From Eledone cirrhosa (Eukaryota), in the NCBI GenBank assembly GCA_964016885.1, contig OZ024742.1:282224001-282288000 (forward strand): a stretch of DNA of 64,000 bases, given 5' to 3'. Numbering within the stretch: position 1 is the first letter of the stretch; every line of letters starts with the position of its first letter. A program made the position numbers and the translations under genes. Below, one piece after another: positions 26,873 through 44,438 of this stretch. Below the pieces are notes generated by a model, which saw nothing but the letters and a program-made list of their open reading frames with translations, did not search any database and was not told the origin of the DNA.

Positions 26873-27467
26873 TTTCTGAATTTGTTTAGCAAGATTCTTT
26901 ATCTGAAAACATGTGTTGAAACCGATATTGTTATACTTTGGGAGGGTCATGTTGCCAATCAGAAACACACGCACCAGTTGCTTTCACTTCACTTCATTAT
27001 AAATTAAATTTATAATTTAAGAATTTATAAATTCATAAATTTCCGGTTGGTTGGTTGGCTCCACAACCGGACGGTTGTTCATATATTGTCAAAGATCTTT
27101 CGTCACACATTCTGTGAGCGCTTCAGTGACTGGGGATTCTTTTCTTTGTTTTGTGCCTCTCCTTTGTTCTGTCCTACGCCATCTTGTTTTTGTATATATA
27201 CATACATATCGTAGGTGTGGTTATAAACTATGGCCACATTTCCTTGGTCGTGTTATTCATGATGTCACACTTTCTTAAGTTTGTGCTTACTTTCTATGTA
27301 AGCACATCGAGTGCTTTGTGACTGCCTCAAACAATTCGATTAGTATCTGCGCTACCGCAGCTACTACTTCGATTTATACGTTTCATTCTTCTTCTTATTA
27401 TTATTATAAAGAAAACATTATTATTATTATTATATTTATTAGTATTATCATTATTATTATTATTATT

Positions 27468-28895
27468 GTTCTTTGAGACTCAGTCATTGATGTTATTTAA
27501 CTGGAAAGTTTGTTGAAATGAATATCAAGCCGCTACCTGCAGCCTCAGATATTCAGGACGTATCGGAGGGTTCTTGCTGTTCCCAGCAAGCATGCCTTTT
27601 GAGGTGTTCCAAAAAGCGGGGCGGGAACAATTTTCTTTAACCATCCTTGGAAACTCTTTGAGATAGTACCTAGTGCGCCTATGACAATCGGGACCACTTT
27701 GACTTCATGGCAGTTCCAAATCCTTTTTACCTCCCACTTTAAGTCCTGGTATCGGTTAATTTTCTCCCTCTCCTTCTCTTGCACTCTCGTGTCAAATGGT
27801 CAGGCTACATCTACAATCAGTCACGATCTTTTTCCCTTGTCCAAAACCACCAGGTCAGGTCTATTGTGTTCCAGTTTCTTGTCCGTCTGTATCCTAAAAT
27901 CCCACAGCACCTTCACCTGATCGTTTTCCATCACCGACTCTGGCTTATGCTCATACCACTTCTCAGATTGTGGTAAATTGTTTACTTTGCATAGGTGCCA
28001 GTGGATCACCCTGCCCATCACATCATGTCTCCAGCCTTTATAGTGATTCTGGGCTAGGTTTTAGATTCGGATACAATGTGAGCCACAGTCTCCTCTCTCT
28101 CTCCATAGATCCTACACAGTGGGATAGCCCCCTCCTTGTAGATATGGTGTTTCAGCCACTTCGATTTGAGGGCCTGCTCTTGCTCAGCCATTAACATTCC
28201 TTATGTAGCCTTTTTAAGGTCTCCTCTTTTCAACCAGTTCCATGTCTGTGGATCTCTAAATTCAGTTTTCTCAAAGAAGGCAATATGAAGGGATTTTTCC
28301 TGAAGGTTGCTCTTTCTCCTTGTTGTTATTTCCTCCCTGGACATCCTCTGGTCTATTGTCCTCTCCTTCAGTACAATTCTGAGCATTGGCTCCCTACTAT
28401 CAGTCACATGTTTGTGTAGGTTGTTTTTCTCCATCTGAACACAGTCCTCTATGCTGATAAGACCTCTTCCACCTTCAGATCTCCTTAAGTAGAGTCTATC
28501 GAGATCACTGCTCTTGTGGAACATGTTGTAGATAGTCAATAGCTTCCAAGTCTTCCTATCCATTTCTTTTTGTTCAGCAATATTCCATCTCAGAATTCCC
28601 GCACTGTACCTAATAATAGACACAGCTCAGGAATTTACTGCACTTATGGCATTTCTACTGTTCAGATGTGACTTTAATACGCTCCTTAGTCTCCGTATGT
28701 ATTCAGATCTTATCTATTCCTTCATTTTTTTGTTCTTGATGTCATCAGCTTCCAGAACACCTAAATATTTGAATCCCTCTTCAGAATCAATTTCCTTTAT
28801 CATCTCACCTGTTGGTACCGGGATTCCGTTGCTTCTGCTCAATTTACCCCTCTTCATCACAAGGACTCCACACTTACTAATACCAAATTGCATAC
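27468..28895 (-). pseudogene. 5'-truncated Dong/R4-clade non-LTR retrotransposon (RT C-terminus, CCHC remnant, RLE)
   Basis: FGISKC..FKYLGVLE..DRLYLRRSEGGRGL..ETVAHIV..LWDFRIQTDKKLEHNRPDLVV..EKINRYQDL..VPIVIGALG with stops; (ATT)n on both sides. Confidence 0.88.
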
Positions 28896-28932
28896 TATTA
28901 TTATTATTATTATTATTATTATAACAAACATA

Positions 28933-28981
<49 letters not shown>

Positions 28982-29019
28982 GTGTGTCTGTCTGTGCGTG
29001 TGTGTGTGAGTCCAGGGGG

Positions 29020-29260
29020 AAGTCTTGTACTTCCAGTCACTTCACGCCTCGGGCATGGAAGCTTATCTAGGTTTCCGAAGCGTGAAGCGACTGAAAGTAC
29101 AAGAATTCCCAGCAGTTGCTGGTAATTATTTTTCATCTCTGTATACTGGAGCAAAATTAAATTAAGTGTTTTTTACTCAAGAACACATCACACAATCCAG
29201 CCCAGGAATCGAACCCATGACATTATGATCGTAAATCCAACACCCTTACCACTAGCCCAT
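29020..29260 (-). mobile_element. tRNA-derived SINE, family B
   Basis: Minus strand reads GGCTAGTGGTAAGG..GGTTCGATTCC, then GTGTTCTTGAGTAAA; related copy at 43200-43490. Confidence 0.65.
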
Positions 29261-29297
29261 GCAATTCCACACACACATACACACACACACACATATG

Positions 29298-29599
<302 letters not shown>

Positions 29600-29603
29600 T
29601 TGT

Positions 29604-29651
<48 letters not shown>

Positions 29652-29829
29652 GTGTGCGTGTGTGTGTGTGCTGACGGACTGGTTGGATTCTGAGAACTTT
29701 AAGGGGAAGAACCCGGAAAACCGTGTTGGACTTCTGGAAGCTATTTGTCCTCAGCTGGGTGGATTATTGCTCCCACCAATGGCCACACCACAGTGTTAAA
29801 CTAACCGCAAAACCTAATGCAATCCTAGA

Positions 29830-30180
29830 AAACTGCCCAATGAAAGAAATGAACTACTGGGAGACGCTGAAAAAATGAACCTCTAATCCATGGAACGAAG
29901 ATGACAGAGATATGCAGCGCTATACATATGGAAGATCCTGGAAGAACTAGGCCCAATTTTGGCATTGATATCTGGACCAACTTTCGAACAGGACGACATT
30001 GTGAAGTGGAAAACGTTCCATCCTTCACATCAACAGAAAGGGCCAGATGCTGCTATAACCTAGTCTTCCAATCCCCTCCCCCAGCTCTTCAATGATCTGC
30101 CAACAAACCTCAGAAATTTACATGGTGCGGATCTAAATGTTCTCAAGGAACATCCAGATATTCTGCTAACCAAGGTCCTA
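29830..30180 (+). pseudogene. CR1-clade ORF2 3' fragment
   Basis: MNYWETLKK..SMERR*QRYAALYIWKILE..NFGI, similar to the 4000-4200 region. Confidence 0.65.
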
Positions 30181-30734
30181 CATGTGTACATACATACATA
30201 CATACATACATACATACATACATACATACATACATACATACATACATACATACATACATACAATCTTACATACAGACAGACATACATACATGATGGCTGC
30301 CCCCTCGTTATCGAGTATGGGCATTGCACGATATGCCATTATTAATAATTATTAATTAATTCTATCGTGCAATGCCTGTGCGTGAAGATATTTTTTAAAG
30401 TGAGGAAAGACTGTGCACTGAGCCAATCCCACTCTCTGAGCAACTGTAGCTATAACCCGAAAAGAAGAAAAGATCAACATCATCGGTAACTGAGCCGCAG
30501 GTTTTATATCGGAGTTATCCCAGTTTCCTGAGTTGCCTTCTAGAAGAATGTCCCGACAAAGGCTAGGGGTCCTTCACTCCCAGTGGTTTAACCGCGCGAT
30601 CGGGTGTCCAGCCCGACTATTTCTATGTCCCCGCGCATATACATACACATGCATCCATGTATATACACATATACATACATATGTACATGTGTATATACAT
30701 ATTTACACACTTTTGGATGGCCGTTGACTCTTAT

Positions 30735-30850
30735 GAGTTCTTCCGCCCTTTGTCAGGTTTTGTTTTTTGTCCTGAAGGGTGTCCAAAATCACCCTCCTCA
30801 CCAAGTAAACTTGGTGGGGTTGCCGGTTTAGTCACCGACTACCCGACCAT
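30735..30850 (-). repeat. Dispersed repeat shared with 53333-53430 (possible LINE 5' UTR)
   Basis: cttggtgaggagggtgattttggacaccc..aaagggyggargaact present at both loci in opposite orientation. Confidence 0.6.
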
Positions 30851-31108
30851 GCGACAGGTTGTACTGGGTTACGTGTTACCAGTAGCACTCAACAGTGATC
30901 TGACATACATACATACTGCATGTACACATGTAGAGATACAAAACATATGCACATGCACATATATAACTCAAAACATCCACATCCACATATACAATAACAT
31001 CCATACCTGCACACACATGCATGCATGCAGACATGCAGACATGCAGAGATATCTACCTAGTTGATGTTGTTTAAATTCCAATGAGAGAGTCTTGTGTCTA
31101 TGTTAGAA

Positions 31109-31181
<73 letters not shown>

Positions 31182-31233
31182 TGGTAAAATTTATAAAGTT
31201 ATAAAAATAGAACACACATACATACATTTAGAG

Positions 31234-31521
31234 CAGCCATGGGCAACCTGAGGCCCGCGAAGCTTTCTGAATGGCTCGCCTAAGTCACCTATGTGAAATC
31301 TTTCATTCATATTTTTATCCCCAATTTTCAGTCGTAATTCATATTTCTCTCATTTTTACGATCGAGGAAAACATGTACGAATCCTGAAGAAAGAAATCAA
31401 AACAATCTGAGTTACCGCCTTTTTTTAATGTGGACACGAATGTAAATTAGCGCTTGCGGCCCGCCTGATGCTGAACCATATCTCATGTGGCCCGCTTCTC
31501 GAAAAAGGTTGCCCATGCCTG
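31234..31521. mobile_element. hAT (Charlie-like) MITE
   Basis: TIRs cagccatgggcaacct and aggttgcccatgcctg; perfect 8-bp TSD ATTTAGAG. Confidence 0.9.
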
Positions 31522-32232
31522 ATTTAGAGAGAGAAAAAAGTGTTGGAAATTCGGATGCAGAAAATAACTCAGAAAATAACTCTACAGTTGCTTGCTGTAA
31601 ATAACCTAAAAAATCGGGTTAAGACCCTTTAAAGAAGGACAAAATGTAAACAGCGGTCGCTACGAAGAATCGAACCTCATATCTTTCAGAGAGATGTGAA
31701 ACACAACTCAGAACTTTATATGTGTCTGTCTGTCACTGGTGTAGAACCTGCTCTACTCTCTGTGACAGCCATGTAGTCGTATAGACTAGACATTTCCTAT
31801 TATTTTCAAATCTAGATAGACCCATTATATCTCATTTAGAAGATGTGAAATAAATAAATAAAATATGGTGGATAGATAAGTGAGGGAGATGAGGTGAAGG
31901 AAATAGGGTCAGTAAGAGTGAAAAAAAGAAAAAGTGCTACGCTTTGGCTAGTTCTGTTGTTGGTGCTGGTGTTGGACATAATAAGTAAAATGTAGAATGT
32001 TAATAATGGCGGCATCACTTTCTCTGGTGCTTGTCCAAATATTGCTGCTTACTGGCTGCTGCCAACCATTTCTCTCACCTGTTTTGCTTGATTTCCCGAC
32101 CGATAAGGGAAGCAAATGATTGTAAGGAGTCATTACACACGATAATACATGCGCACGAACATACACAAACACTCTCGTATGCGCGCATGTACACACACAT
32201 ATTTTTGTTTGTATGTATGTATGTATGTATAA

Positions 32233-32595
<363 letters not shown>

Positions 32596-33015
32596 TATAT
32601 ATATATATATATTCATATATATATATGTGTGTGTGTGTGTGTATGTATATATATATATATATATTTGTGTGTATTTATGTATGTATATATAAACATACCT
32701 CAAAGATATAGGTCAAGTTATATACGTAACCCACATCTCATGACTTCCCTTCTGTTTTTCACATTTGTATGATAATGATAATAATAATATACATGAAATT
32801 TTTAATTCGAAATGTGAGTGTACCAACGCAAATGACCTTAGTAATAGTCGACCTCTCTAAATAATAGTTGATAAGATCGAGTAAAGAAACTCTGGGGAGG
32901 AAAGAAGCAGACAGGGACATCTGCGCTAACCCTAACCTTGCATGTAGGACGCACACATTTCAAATTTCAAACGTGTATGCGTGTGTGCCTGTACGTGTGT
33001 GTATACGTGTGTGTC

Positions 33016-33051
<36 letters not shown>

Positions 33052-33659
33052 TGTGTGTGTGTGTGTGCGTGTGTGTGTTTGTGGGTTGCGTATGTATGTA
33101 TTTTATTGATTTAAATATAATTTTATGTATATAGATAGTGAAGTATAGATAATGTATTATACTTTCGTTCAAATCGATATATGATTACTCAATAACTATG
33201 TGCACCATTTCATTCAACTTATGAGGAACATTACAATAGTAGTTGCAGCAGCAGCAGCAGTAGAGTAGTAGTAGTAGTAGTAGTAATAGTAGTAGTAGTA
33301 GTTGTAGTAGTATGAAATGTTAGGGGTTCAGGCGAAGTGCTTAGTGTTATTCCGTTCACCTCTTTAAGTTCTCAGTTCAAATCCCACCAAGGTCAATTTT
33401 TCCTTTCATCCTTCCATGGTTGGTAACATAAAGAACCAGTCATGCACTTTCCTTTTGTTTAACAAATTACTGGCCTTGTGCTAAAATTAAAAATCATTAT
33501 TATTTTACGAAAGGTGATCGGTGGCACAATGGGTCCTTACCTCTTTTTACGATTTAATTTTTAAATCGTGCTGAGGTATTTTGTCTTTTATCTTTCTTGA
33601 ATTGATAAATAAATTACTATCTATCTAGGGCGGGTAAAATTCCAGATATCTATGGACGA

Positions 33660-33920
33660 GTACTCTCTAGCGGTCTCTATCCCTCATCATCGCTGCCATG
33701 TCCTCTGTCTCCAAGAGACCAGTGTCTGTCCTTAGGCCACCAACATATGTGAACCTCGGTCTCCCTCTTCTAGTGTGCCCATGCAGGGGCTTCCACAGGA
33801 GCACTGAGTACAGTGTAAACTCTGGATGCCGGTAAGCATGTCCAGCTAACTTCAGTCTCCTCTGTGCTACTCTCGAGCTGACTTTTGGGAGGCTCCCGTA
33901 GAGCTCTGAGTCCTTTATCC
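33660..33920 (-). pseudogene. RTE-type LINE ORF 3' fragment
   Basis: ELYGSLPKVSSRVAQRRLKLAGHAYRH..LLWKPLHGHTRRGRPRFTY. Confidence 0.75.
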
Positions 33921-34229
33921 TCAGTGTATACTTGACATAGGCAGCATTTGAACCAAGAACTTAATGAGCCGATATAGATACATTTGCCGTCTAGAAAAAT
34001 GGGTTGATTTAATGGACTTGCATAAAATATTTGACATTGAGACTATGCTTGAAATTATTACTGTGTCGGAATGGCAGAATCGTTAGAGCGACGCAAATGT
34101 ATCTATTTCGGATCTTTACGTTCTGGTTTCAAATGCTACCTATGTCAACTTTCCAGTTCATCCTTCTGTTCCGGGGTTGATAAAATAAGGTGTCAGTCTT
34201 CACGCGGTAGATTGGTGGATTTGTTAGAG

Positions 34230-34350
34230 CAGTGGTTCCAAAAGTGGGTTCTTCGGACCCAAGGGCTCCGCACAGTATTAGACTTTGCGGTTCCTCCAAA
34301 TGTTTCTGAACCAAAAGGGTTCCATATTTGAAAATGTTTGGGAAACTCTG
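34230..34350. mobile_element. Short hAT MITE (121 bp)
   Basis: Imperfect TIRs cagtggttccaaaa and tttgggaaactctg; perfect 8-bp TSD TGTTAGAG. Confidence 0.85.
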
Positions 34351-34482
34351 TGTTAGAGCATCTAATGAGATGCCTTGTAATATATGTTCCGTGTGTGAGC
34401 ATTCTGAATTGAAATCCCGCCTCCTGTCATCGGAAAAGTGGCGACGCTTCTGTCAAGATGAGTGACGAACAAATAGTATGAA

Positions 34483-34648
34483 TAATTGTTTCTACTTTTG
34501 GCACAAGGCCAGCAATTATTCAAGTACATTACTGGTACTTTACTATATCGACCCCGTAAGGATGAAAGGCAAAGTTAACCGCAAAAAGACGTAACTCTAT
34601 GCTGCAAAGCATGGCATCCGACTCTCTACTGATACAGTCAATCGACCG
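34483..34648 (-). mobile_element. SINE family A copy, internally deleted
   Basis: Tail, core and head present on the minus strand. Confidence 0.8.
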
Positions 34649-35206
34649 TGAATAATGGATAGAAAAATGGAAACACACAAAACCTAAGGAGACGAAATAA
34701 AGACAGAGTTGTTTAATTCAACGTGTTAAGAAATAGGTTATTGAAAGACACAACAAATGGCTATAGATTAATCAACCACCACTCAAAAGATGCTGATAAA
34801 TTCTCAGCACGGTTAAAAATATTCACAGATAATTTCGGAGTACCCATCTTGCAGTGAGAGCTCAAGAAAATCGGCGTCGGCGGCAGTGGTTGTAGTGGTG
34901 ATGGTGGTGATGCGGGTGCTGGTGGTGGTTGCAGCGACGAAAGCGGCGAAAGTGGCGGCGGTGGCGGTTCTAGTGGTGGGGGGGGGGGAAGAATGTGGTT
35001 GATAGTGAGCACCTACGAACCTTTCTTTGTTGAAGGGGAACAACAACACTGCTTAATGTTGCCAGAAAGTGTCCCTGTTCTCATTTCACACGTCACTGGA
35101 CATCAATTTTATTTAAAATCTATCTATCTATCTCTCCATAGCTCTCTGTCTCTATCTCTATCTCTCTCTATATATAACCATATATATATGTGTGTGTGTG
35201 TGTGTG

Positions 35207-35247
<41 letters not shown>

Positions 35248-35304
35248 GAGAGAGAGAGAGTGAGGGAGAGAGAGAGAGATCTGGCAAACCATTGTCGTCG
35301 TCGT

Positions 35305-35440
35305 AGAAGAAGAAGAAGAAGAAGAAGAAGAAGAAGAAGAAGAAGAAGAAGAAGAAGAAGAAGAAGAAGAAGAAGAAGAAGAAGAAGAAGAAGAAGAAGA
35401 AGAAGAAGAAGAAGAAGAAGAAGAAGAAGAAGAAGAAGAA
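35305..35440. repeat. (AGA)n microsatellite
   Basis: Direct observation. Confidence 0.95.
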
Positions 35441-35592
35441 GCAACAACGGTGTTGGTGGTTGTTTTGGTGTCAGTGATGCTATTGCGCCGATATTAACTT
35501 TGCCTTTCATCCTTACGGGGTCGATAAAATAAAGTACCAGTAATACATTTGGTAATTGCTGGCCTTGTGCCAAAAGTAGAAACAGTTATATA

Positions 35593-39940
<4,348 letters not shown>

Positions 39941-40382
39941 ACCAACTTTTAATATATTCAGTACAAAGATACCGTAATAATAATAGTTATACTTATATAC
40001 GTATATATAATATATATATACTTATAAATAAGATACGAGTAATATTGTGTATTACCCGATTACCCATAAGATTATTAGTTCAGTGTAAAGTATCAGATAT
40101 ACTACAGAGCAGAAATAACACTTCACAACTATAGATATTACCATTTTCTACATAAACTTTATGACTAACATTATAAAACTTTTCACCTAAATCTTTTCGC
40201 CTATAACTAATATATCTTATAATACTTATAACATATAACACCTATATGTATACTCTCACTACACAATTGTCTTACATTTATTGCATATTCTCTGCTACTA
40301 TTTATATTCTTGCTATGTTTTATAAGTAATATAAACATGCCAATCGATGTTTAAATATATATATATATATATGTATAAATAA

Positions 40383-40500
<118 letters not shown>

Positions 40501-41499
40501 TTAACTCGAAAGTAGAGTTTTGAAACGCGAATGTATAGGAATCTCAAAAAAATGGGAAAACTCGGCGTATGGAAGATGTTAGAACAACAAAATACCGTCG
40601 AAGCGGCTTTGGGTAAAATATTACCCCGAAGAACAGAGATCAGCGGCTAGATGTGAGTTAGCTCGAAGGAAGGAAGAGAAGATAGGAAGGAGGGAAAAGA
40701 ATGGATGAAAGCGGACAGGTCCCAAACATTAATATACACCCATCTGGTCTCAGCCTCAAACAGTTTCGAAACTATTGGAGGCTGAGTGCTTCGTGACAGC
40801 CCCACTTCGGTTATACTAACTATTATTTTATATATATATATGTATTAATCTCCCGTGTCTTACAATTAACTTGTTAATAATTTCTATTGACAGGTTAATT
40901 GTATAAGTTTATTTTAAACTACTCGGTTGAGAACTTATTCGATTTGTGTTATTTATGCTATTTTCCGCATGATTTACACCAACTGAATTACTTTGCCAAA
41001 ATCTGGGGTTATTCCCCTTGTGATTGCCACACGTGGTTTAACTTACCACCGTGTCATTCACTTATTTGGTACAGAGCGAAATACCTGTTGATAACGTGAT
41101 ATTCCTTGTTCGATCGTTATACACAAAGCTTATATTTTTAAGCAGACTGTATTTTGATTTAGGTGTTACAGAAACTCTACATCGGATTTTAACAGCAATT
41201 CCGGGAGTCCAGGTCTGGTTATCACTTATTTTTTATCATTTATTTTGTTTTGACCTGTTTAGCTTGATTTGTTTTTCGGCTTTGGTGGTTAATGCTTTCT
41301 TGACCACCTTTTCAGTTTTGTATGGCTTCTTAACACATTGTTTAGCTCTGGTTTTTAACTATTGAGCACTTTGCCAGTATCATTTCTGATTTTTGCCTTT
41401 CGCTTCGCTTTTCAGGCCCGCCGAAAATGCGATTCTCGCTGAATCTTTATTTGTATATATATATATATATATACATAGAGAGAGAGAGGGGGTCGGGGG

Positions 41500-41675
41500 A
41501 GATTACTGCCCCAGCTCCTGCAATTGTTACACTTAATTCAGCCTCCTGCATTCCATCTCTCGTGAGCACGGCCCCGAGATACTTGAACCTCTCTACCTGA
41601 TTCAGTGGAACTCCATTCACATGTAGTGTGCACGGTGCAGGCTTCCTTGAGTGGACGAGTATCTCAGTTTTCACA
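41500..41675 (-). pseudogene. RTE-clade RT fragment
   Basis: KTEILV..VNGVPLNQVERFKYLGAVLTRDG. Confidence 0.7.
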
Positions 41676-41794
41676 GCACTGTTCTAGCAATGGACTCTCT
41701 ATTATGAACACCTTTTTCCAGCACAGAAACATCCATAAATAAATATATATATCTATTAAATACGTATTTCCTTGTGGTTGGTTGGATGATATAC

Positions 41795-41843
41795 ACGTCT
41801 TCTGATGAGAGTCCAATTAGATCCAAAAATCGATTAAAGATGT
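41795..41843 (+). ncRNA. Degenerate minimal hammerhead, family H7
   Basis: acgtctt-CTGATGA-gagtccaattagatcc-AAAA-atcgat-TA-aagatgt; 7-bp stem I and palindromic helix III, but G12 is changed to A. Confidence 0.55.
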
Positions 41844-43199
41844 TTAAAATTTTTTTCAATTTACAGGGAAATTCGTATTTTCCGGCATGTTTACATGGTT
41901 TTCCAAAGAGTAGCGGAAGAGAACTACAGTTGTATAGGAAATAATGTTCTCATGATAATTCCAAACGAATGAAGCCGTCTTAGTTTAAAGACACCAGCAT
42001 ATTGATATTTAAATGTTATTTCCGTTTATTAAATGAAGTGTTTGGAAACGTGAAAATTTTAAAATTTTATTCCCCCATAATTTTTGACTGCATACTATCC
42101 ACAACACCCCCAAATTAAATATCTCTTAATTTAAGAACATTTAAAGCATATAATTCCCTGCCCGCTGAACAAAATAAAATGCATACATTAATGATTGAGA
42201 AAAATGAAATAATATGGTAGCAATTCTTGGTCAAGAATCTCAAATTTCTTAAAATGGAATTACATCTTGAATACACTGAATCAATAATTTTGATTATCCT
42301 ATTATCTGAAACTCTTCCAATTTTTTCTGCTATATAATCATACAATCCATACAATTTTATGGATTTTAATGTTTGTATTGTATTTTGGCAAATTTTCATA
42401 CGTTTTTTATTGAATTAATGTCCAGGTATTGTGCTGGGAATTACAGCACTCGGATTTTCTTGTTCGTTTTTCTTCCTTGATAATTTCTGCATTATGGTTT
42501 CAGTTATTGCTATATTAAAAACACCTGCGTCTAACCCAAATTACTCATGGCATTTGGAAGTATTCTCTTCTCCAAGATCTCTGTATAGGATATCGTATTC
42601 ATGAGGCACCAGATCTTATGTACAACACCGACCGTTTCTCTAGACATGCAGCCTGAAACTACGAACATTGCTACCACCATGTATAATTGACGGTTTCTTT
42701 CACTCTGTGAAAGAAACGGTATTTGATCTGATTTACAGGATTTAACACTTTTTCAGACATTCAATCCTTTTTAACATTGACATTAACTGTCGGAAATGAA
42801 TTTTTTCTCCTCTATGATGTTGGACGGAAACTCGTTCATGAGGGAGGAAAAAAATAAAATTTTGACCTACCCGACCATCAGAATTTTTATCAATATGACA
42901 ACGGCTAAATTTTCTGGTCCTGTGCGATATGAATGCAGACGTCATTTTTTCGGAGAAGACTAGGATTTTGGGGTTTTTTTTAAAACTAAACTGTCAAACG
43001 CTAGGACAGAGTTTCGAAGTTATATCTTCACACAACGTTACTCCGAATTTCGCGTTGCCGCGTTCGACAGGCGGGGTAATTGGCTTTTGTCGTCTGCTTA
43101 TATTTTTTCGTATACAGTGAATTTAGGAATACATTATCCAAATGAATTACTTCCTATTTTAAAGAATATAGGTTGCAACTTGATGGTGTGTACGTTGGA

Positions 43200-43490
43200 G
43201 ATACGTAGATTTCATCAATGCGTGTTCCAGTTGTTCGAACAGAGCAATTATCGTGCAAGTGGCTGAACATTTCACGAACACGTATACCATTAACGTAGTT
43301 CTCAGGGAGATTCAGCGTCACACACTGTGTGACAAAATTACTTTCAATTACAGATCTAACTTATTTTTACCAGCTGAATGAACTGGAGCAACGTAAAATA
43401 AAATGCTTTACTCAAGGACACAACGTGCTATCAGGATTCGAACTCATGACCTTCTGATAGTTAGCCGAGTACTACTAAGCTACGTTCCTT
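43200..43490 (-). mobile_element. SINE family B copy
   Basis: Minus strand has a GAGTTCGAATCC B-box followed by GTGTCCTTGAGTAAAGCA. Confidence 0.6.
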
Positions 43491-44350
43491 CATTGAACAT
43501 AATGGACATATCTGGATTAAAAAATGTGTCTGTCTTTATTTTTATTAGACTTAGTGAATCTAGGACTACGTTATCCAAGCGCATCTTTTCAATTTTAAGA
43601 ACATAGGGTGCAACATGATGGGGCTCTTCATGCACCTGTATTAACTGTATTCCAACTGTGACCAGCAATTTATTTTAACAGCACTTTAACTGAACTCGCT
43701 TTTTTAATGATGCTGTAACCGTGACCTTCTACTGTCATCTTCAACAGTAACCATCCAGTAGAATTGCTATGTTTTTCTTTCAACAAATGGCAAGAAATTC
43801 AATATGTAATTTCCTGGGTAACGCCGGAAACCCTTCTAGTATTATCCAAATGCACCCTCCACACTGTAAAGTGTAACATGGTGGAGATCTATAGGTTCAA
43901 ACAATGGTTCGTCTGGTCTGTCATCTTTTTCAAAAATAATGTATTTAGGACTATATTATACGAATTCAATCCTCCTATTTTAAAGACTATTGTACAACGT
44001 GATGGAAATTTATAGGTTCAAATGTTGGGGAGTTCGGCTGTTCTGTGTTCGGACACCTGTCATGTGGATCATGTGATCATTTTATTTTCCCCGTTGTTCT
44101 AGAATACATTTTGATATGCCATCTGCAGTTTAATTTTCTGGAATAATGAACCCCACCAAAACACTTCCTGTAATTAGTCTCTGTGTTTGTCAATGTTGGT
44201 TCATCTAATGACTGTAAGGGAATAGTTATTTCTTCAACCGAAGACAAATAGGGCTCCTCCCAGATATCCTATCCTCTTTTAATTAGTAACGGGTCACCAC
44301 TGCATCTCTTCCATCATATTTGTTGCTATTGTCATTAATATTTATTATCT

Positions 44351-44438
<88 letters not shown>

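Noticed and set aside
42100-44280. Possible LINE or hAT transposase remnants on the minus strand
   Set aside because: Only vague motif resemblance and many stops; cannot be supported without a homology search
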